64,000 nt of DNA from Eubacteriales bacterium (GTDB taxonomy: Bacteria > Bacillota > Clostridia > Saccharofermentanales > UBA5734). Made by a program: the position numbers and the translations under genes. This document shows, piece after piece, positions 60,739-64,000 of the stretch. Position 1 is the stretch's first letter. The number at the start of each line of letters is the position of its first letter. The notes under the pieces are model-generated. The model did no database searches and was not told the origin of the DNA. It saw only the letters and a list, made by a program, of their open reading frames with translations. Location: contig JAQVJP010000001.1 of assembly GCA_028695145.1 (NCBI GenBank), positions 922 through 64,921 on the forward strand, written 5' to 3'.

Positions 60739-61098
60739 TTAATCTTTTGAAGATGGTTCTATTTTAATGTCAATGTCAGGAGTAGATATCTCTTGCTTCT
60801 TAACTGGCGCTCTGCCGTTTCTATCCATAATGTCCTGAGCCGCCTTAAGAGCTATTGCTTCTCTTTCAGATTGTGACAGCTCAGCTATCTTCTTAAGAGC
60901 CATAGAAGACAGTGAAGACTGATATTTATCAAGCTGTTTATTATACTCGTGCAGGAAAGTTTTATTTTCAAACCAGTTATATACAGTTCTGTTAGACATT
61001 CCTAACTTCTTCACAATATCAGTGATGTTCATGCCTTCAAATACCATCATATGTATCACCTGAATTTGCTTAGGTGTTATCCCGGGTCTCTTAGCCAT
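60739..61098 (-). CDS. terminase small subunit (HTH)
   Basis: 119 aa with a helix-turn-helix (ITDIVKKLGMSNRTVYNW), immediately upstream of TerL. Confidence 0.65.
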   Translation of the reverse strand: MAKRPGITPKQIQVIHMMVFEGMNITDIVKKLGMSNRTVYNWFENKTFLHEYNKQLDKYQSSLSSMALKKIAELSQSEREAIALKAAQDIMDRNGRAPVKKQEISTPDIDIKIEPSSKD

Positions 61099-61337
61099 CA
61101 GCTCACCCCCTTGCTGTAATCCCTCATCATATCCTTTAGCATATTGTGACAGCGGATATATTCTTTAATATCAAAATATAGTTTTGTTTTCTTATAATTA
61201 ATGAAGCAGGCGTTTATAGCCTCACAGTCTTCAAAAATGAATACAAGTCTGTCATTATCGCCTATCGCCAGCTGTGGGGTTAGGGAAGTGGCGGCAATGA
61301 TATAGCTTGCAAGGTTCATGCTATATACAGTACGCAT
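61098..61337 (-). CDS. hypothetical phage protein
   Basis: 79-aa ORF coupled to TerS by an ATGA-type junction. Confidence 0.4.
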   Translation of the reverse strand: MRTVYSMNLASYIIAATSLTPQLAIGDNDRLVFIFEDCEAINACFINYKKTKLYFDIKEYIRCHNMLKDMMRDYSKGVS

Positions 61338-61530
61338 TGTTAATTCTCCTTAGTGTTTCTATTAGTTTGTCCAAATCTACCACTTGTAGGGCAAGAGCCG
61401 CCTGTAGGGCGTCCTCAGTAACCCCTATAGACAGCGGGGGAACATAGTAAGAAAAGTTTTTGTTTATTCCTTTAACCATTTGACAGACGTCATCAGCCGC
61501 CTCTGTAAAGTTCATTAAGTCTTTATTCAT
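61321..61530 (-). CDS. hypothetical phage protein
   Basis: 69-aa ORF overlapping the downstream ORF. Confidence 0.4.
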   Translation of the reverse strand: MNKDLMNFTEAADDVCQMVKGINKNFSYYVPPLSIGVTEDALQAALALQVVDLDKLIETLRRINNAYCI

Positions 61531-61607
61531 TTCTTTACCCCCAAAGCTTCTTTAAGGGCGTCTATCCCCGCTATTAGCAGCTCGCTTAGTTCTTTGTTTG
61601 TTCTCAT
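61527..61607 (-). CDS. possible 26-aa coupled micro-ORF (not in ORF track)
   Basis: AAGGAGAA lies 5 nt before the ATG at 61607. Translation is MRTNKELSELLIAGIDALKEALGVKK. Its stop overlaps the next start (ATGA). Confidence 0.3.
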   Translation of the reverse strand: MRTNKELSELLIAGIDALKEALGVKK

Positions 61608-61659
61608 GATGTTTCTCCTTTAATTTTGTTAATTTTTGATTAGCCAAAATGTAGTTTAC

Positions 61660-62148
61660 CTACTGTAACTTTCTACAAATTAGACTATCTTTGACTATAG
61701 CTATATTAAGTAGCCAGCCGGTTTGATACTTTGTTGATTTCTGTTTATCTTGTCTTTGTGATTGTACTTTTATTAATCTCGCCTTACCTTGTTCTACCGC
61801 CGCCTTAACCTTGTCAAAAGGTATTAAATAAACAATAGCCGCGACGTTATCTATATACGCCAAATAGTCAGCCTGGCAGTAGTGATACCAGCCGTAAAGC
61901 TGTTTATCTATGTCAGTCATGTTCTCAATATATAAATTATTAGTTTTACGGATTCGGTTATCAGTTTTAACTTCTATTGTTTTGGCTATGCCGTTCTTTT
62001 CGGCTATAAAATCTATGTCTTTTTCTTGGTAGTCAGGTAGGTTACTTGTATCTATCATAGTGTAGCCGCAATTTTGCATGAAGCGCATAAACTTTTCTTC
62101 GCCCTGCTTGCCAATGCTACATGAAAGCTCAAAATTATTAGCTAACAA
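61660..62148 (-). CDS. putative PD-(D/E)XK-type nuclease (Hjc/RecU-like resolvase candidate)
   Basis: GKQGEE...DIDFIA...IEVKTD order of motifs resembles the G-x-x-E ... D ... E-x-K core. The TTG start is uncertain. Confidence 0.35.
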   Translation of the reverse strand: MLANNFELSCSIGKQGEEKFMRFMQNCGYTMIDTSNLPDYQEKDIDFIAEKNGIAKTIEVKTDNRIRKTNNLYIENMTDIDKQLYGWYHYCQADYLAYIDNVAAIVYLIPFDKVKAAVEQGKARLIKVQSQRQDKQKSTKYQTGWLLNIAIVKDSLICRKLQ

Positions 62149-62234
62149 AATCGATTCAGTCCCTTACTTTAGAATCGCCTTTTGTTCCTTTTATTCCTTT
62201 TATTCAGTTAGCACGTGATATTGTATAGATGTGA

Positions 62235-63332
62235 TTACCAGCTGTAGCCGCTTGGCTTTTTGCCTTGCTCAGAAAGTTGTCTACAGGTAGAATCATAGCA
62301 TAGCCCTACAGCGCCTGTAGTGCCGTATAGACGGTTCTTGCCTATTGTGAGTATAGCATCAGTCTCTGACGTTATGTCAGCGCTTGTAGAGCGTCTCACG
62401 CCTATTACAACAGATGCTAAGTTAGTTATATCGGCTGAACCACTTACATTATCGTTTATATCGTCAGTATATGATTTTTTAGGGTGAGCTATAAGCACAA
62501 CGCAAACATTATATTCAGACGCAAAATTAACAAGTTCTATAACAAATTTACTTTGTGCTCGGTAGAAGTCTCTCTCTCCGTCGTTGCCAGCATAAGCAGT
62601 CATTAAGTTGTCTACAAAAAACAGTTCACAGCCAAGTTCTACCTTAGCTTTTTTTAGTCCTTTGATTACATTTGACTTATTATTAGCCTCGGCGTAACGG
62701 TTATCGTAGAGCCAGAGTTTACCATCAAGCCAGCTTGCTATTTTATTTGCCGCCTCGGGCTTAACTTGCCAGCGGGGCATACCTAATACATCTGGGACAG
62801 ATTCAACGTTATTGTTTCCTGCCGCTTGCGTGTATATCCAGTTCTGAAACATAAAGCTCGATAGCTCGCCGCTATAAAAGCAGACTTTCTTACCTTGCTC
62901 TACCGCATTAAGCGCCAGCTGTCCAGCAAAAGTAGATTTACCTTCACCTCGTTTACCTGTAATAACAAAAAGGCTTCCAGATTGGAAACCTCCTGTCATG
63001 TTATCTATTGTTTCAAAGCCGGTAGATATTACCCTGATATTCTCTTGCCGCTGTATCTCGCCCATATTGATAAAGCTTGTCGGTGTTTCTTTTTCTACAA
63101 TCAGCTCGGCTACATCTTTGCGAGCGGGGTATTTTTTCAAAAACTCTTGTTTCAAGTCAAGTAGTGTTTTCTTTTCCCCGCCTGTGCAGTCGCAAAGCCA
63201 GCCGCCAGAGTCATCTATCTTTAGCCGTTCATACGCCCCGCAAATAGGGCAGTATTGGTAATTGTACGTTCCGTTAGCTTTGTCGTAAGTGTATTTTCCT
63301 ATTATGTCCAAAAATTGTGTTTTATCCATCAT
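62235..63332 (-). CDS. DnaB-family (RecA-fold) replicative helicase with N-terminal zinc ribbon
   Basis: CPICG...CDC zinc ribbon, Walker A GKRGEGKST, Walker B LFFVDNL, IAHPKK and GSADITNLASVVIGVRR. Start set at the ATG ATG after AGGAGA (63332/63329). Confidence 0.7.
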   Translation of the reverse strand: MMDKTQFLDIIGKYTYDKANGTYNYQYCPICGAYERLKIDDSGGWLCDCTGGEKKTLLDLKQEFLKKYPARKDVAELIVEKETPTSFINMGEIQRQENIRVISTGFETIDNMTGGFQSGSLFVITGKRGEGKSTFAGQLALNAVEQGKKVCFYSGELSSFMFQNWIYTQAAGNNNVESVPDVLGMPRWQVKPEAANKIASWLDGKLWLYDNRYAEANNKSNVIKGLKKAKVELGCELFFVDNLMTAYAGNDGERDFYRAQSKFVIELVNFASEYNVCVVLIAHPKKSYTDDINDNVSGSADITNLASVVIGVRRSTSADITSETDAILTIGKNRLYGTTGAVGLCYDSTCRQLSEQGKKPSGYSW

Positions 63333-63555
63333 AATTCTCCTCATAGCGCCAAAAGTGAAGCCAGAACCCCTCATTAGCTTCATAGCGATATATTTTTTCT
63401 ATCATTTGTAGTTCTTGAATCAGCCCGCTGTTAAGAAAGTAGCGATAATTATCTTTTTCGGTGTCATATAAAAAAGCCGCCCTATTTACCAGCCATTCCG
63501 TTTCATCGGGATACTCGGTATATAGTAGCGGCTCTAAAGTTAAATAACTTTTCAT
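63322..63555 (-). CDS. hypothetical phage protein
   Basis: 77-aa ORF coupled on both sides. Confidence 0.4.
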   Translation of the reverse strand: MKSYLTLEPLLYTEYPDETEWLVNRAAFLYDTEKDNYRYFLNSGLIQELQMIEKIYRYEANEGFWLHFWRYEENYDG

Positions 63556-64000
63556 ATTTTACCGTTCATGAGCGGATATTTTTCGAGGTGTCGCTCCAAT
63601 TCAGATTTTACTACTTTCTTAGGTGGGTAAATTTTGTACCAGCCGTTAGCTTTAGCTTCATTAACCATAGCGGGGTGCATATGTCTGGGGTATTCATCAA
63701 AAACGTCAACAATAGATTGTAAGTATTCAAGTGTTATATCTTTACCTTCTGTTTCTTTATCAAGCAAAAAATATTTTAATGCTTCTTGTGCATCAGGGTT
63801 GAACCTGTCAAAGAATTGATAAAAATGAAGGCGGAAGTCTATATTCTTATTACTCTTCTTATTATTATTCTTATTATTATTCTTATGGCACTCCTCAACG
63901 CTTACAGCCTCAGGCGTTTCAGCCGTTTTAATATATCCCTGAGATATATTATTATATCCCTGAGATATATTATTATATCCCTCAGATATATTATTATATC
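63552..64000 (-). CDS. C-terminal part of a phage replication (initiator/organiser-like) protein, open at window edge
   Basis: My own translation shows the frame of the 71-aa track ORF stays open upstream to the window end. It reads ...YNNISEGYNNISQGYNNISQGYIKTAETPEAVSVEECHKNNNKNNNKKSNKNIDFRLHFYQFFDRFNPDAQEALKYFLLDKETEG... The function is inferred from the embedded iterons and the position upstream of the helicase. Confidence 0.55.
   Translation of the reverse strand, partial: YNNISEGYNNISQGYNNISQGYIKTAETPEAVSVEECHKNNNKNNNKKSNKNIDFRLHFYQFFDRFNPDAQEALKYFLLDKETEGKDITLEYLQSIVDVFDEYPRHMHPAMVNEAKANGWYKIYPPKKVVKSELERHLEKYPLMNGKI
63841..63888. repeat. AT-rich tract with 12-bp tandem repeat (TTATTATTATTC)n next to the iterons
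   Basis: cttattattattcttattattattcttatgg, preceded by a degenerate copy ttattactcttc. Confidence 0.8.
63931..64000. repeat. 21-bp iterons (3 full copies plus a 4th cut by window end), each an ATATATC-N5-GATATAT dyad
   Basis: ATATCCCTGAGATAT at 63933, 63954 and 63975 (the third has G to C at 63983). A fourth copy starts at 63996. Confidence 0.85.

Larger units (their letters stand above)
47902..64000 (-). mobile_element. siphovirus-type prophage, tail/lysis-proximal end; continues beyond window end
   Basis: Uninterrupted minus-strand block of overlapping or coupled genes. The order is replication, TerS, TerL, portal, minor head, scaffold, capsid, connectors, major tail, G/GT chaperones, tape measure, Dit, Tal/fibre, holin-like. 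It abuts the truncated tRNA. The left boundary is approximate. Confidence 0.9.

Noticed and set aside
63931-64000. Possible CRISPR array suggested by regularly spaced repeats at the window edge
   Set aside because: The units are directly abutting 21-bp copies with no unique spacers. They lie inside an open reading frame of a prophage replication module and are far shorter than CRISPR repeats. An iteron or origin interpretation fits better.
63907-64000. Alternative minus-strand frame through the iterons, giving DIIIYLR repeats
   Set aside because: This frame terminates at a TAA around 63907 and is not continuous with any downstream gene. The YNNISQG frame runs without a stop into the 63552..63767 ORF.

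Overview
AT-rich Bacillota (Clostridia-like) chromosome segment. Positions 1 to about 47.8 kb carry mostly conserved housekeeping genes. These are a GGDEF-EAL protein, kamA, ruvCAB-queH, rqcH, a Na+-decarboxylase beta subunit, two tandem PRPP-synthetase paralogues, engB-comEC-holA, icd, asnS, maf-radC-mreCD-PBP2, gdhA, T-box-controlled pheST, a polar amino-acid ABC transporter, secA, and a punA-ahcY-mtaD salvage trio. A few accessory or odd loci interrupt them. The most unusual is an orphan, translationally coupled three-gene cassette of TadE/TadG-type pseudopilin-like membrane proteins (38035-40950). No pilus machinery lies nearby, and the last protein has an extra C-terminal domain that looks like a polymorphic-toxin nuclease module with substituted catalytic positions. 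Other oddities are a circularly permuted amino-acid-binding lipoprotein, a degenerate methylglyoxal-synthase-like protein, an mreCD-PBP2 cluster without mreB/min/rodA, and an unlisted 47-aa OadG-like ORF. From about 47.9 kb to the window end lies a siphovirus-type prophage with all genes on the minus strand, running from replication through packaging, head and tail to a holin-like gene. It abuts a tRNA-Thr(CGU) gene that keeps its own promoter but is cut at the anticodon loop. No endolysin or integrase is present at this end. The prophage shows a canonical A_AAA_AAC -1 frameshift site in the tail-chaperone genes. At the window edge it has lambda-ori-like 21-bp iterons plus an AT-rich tract, embedded in an open-ended replication-protein ORF that the ORF track truncates. 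All functional calls rest on motif and synteny recognition by eye; no database search was possible.
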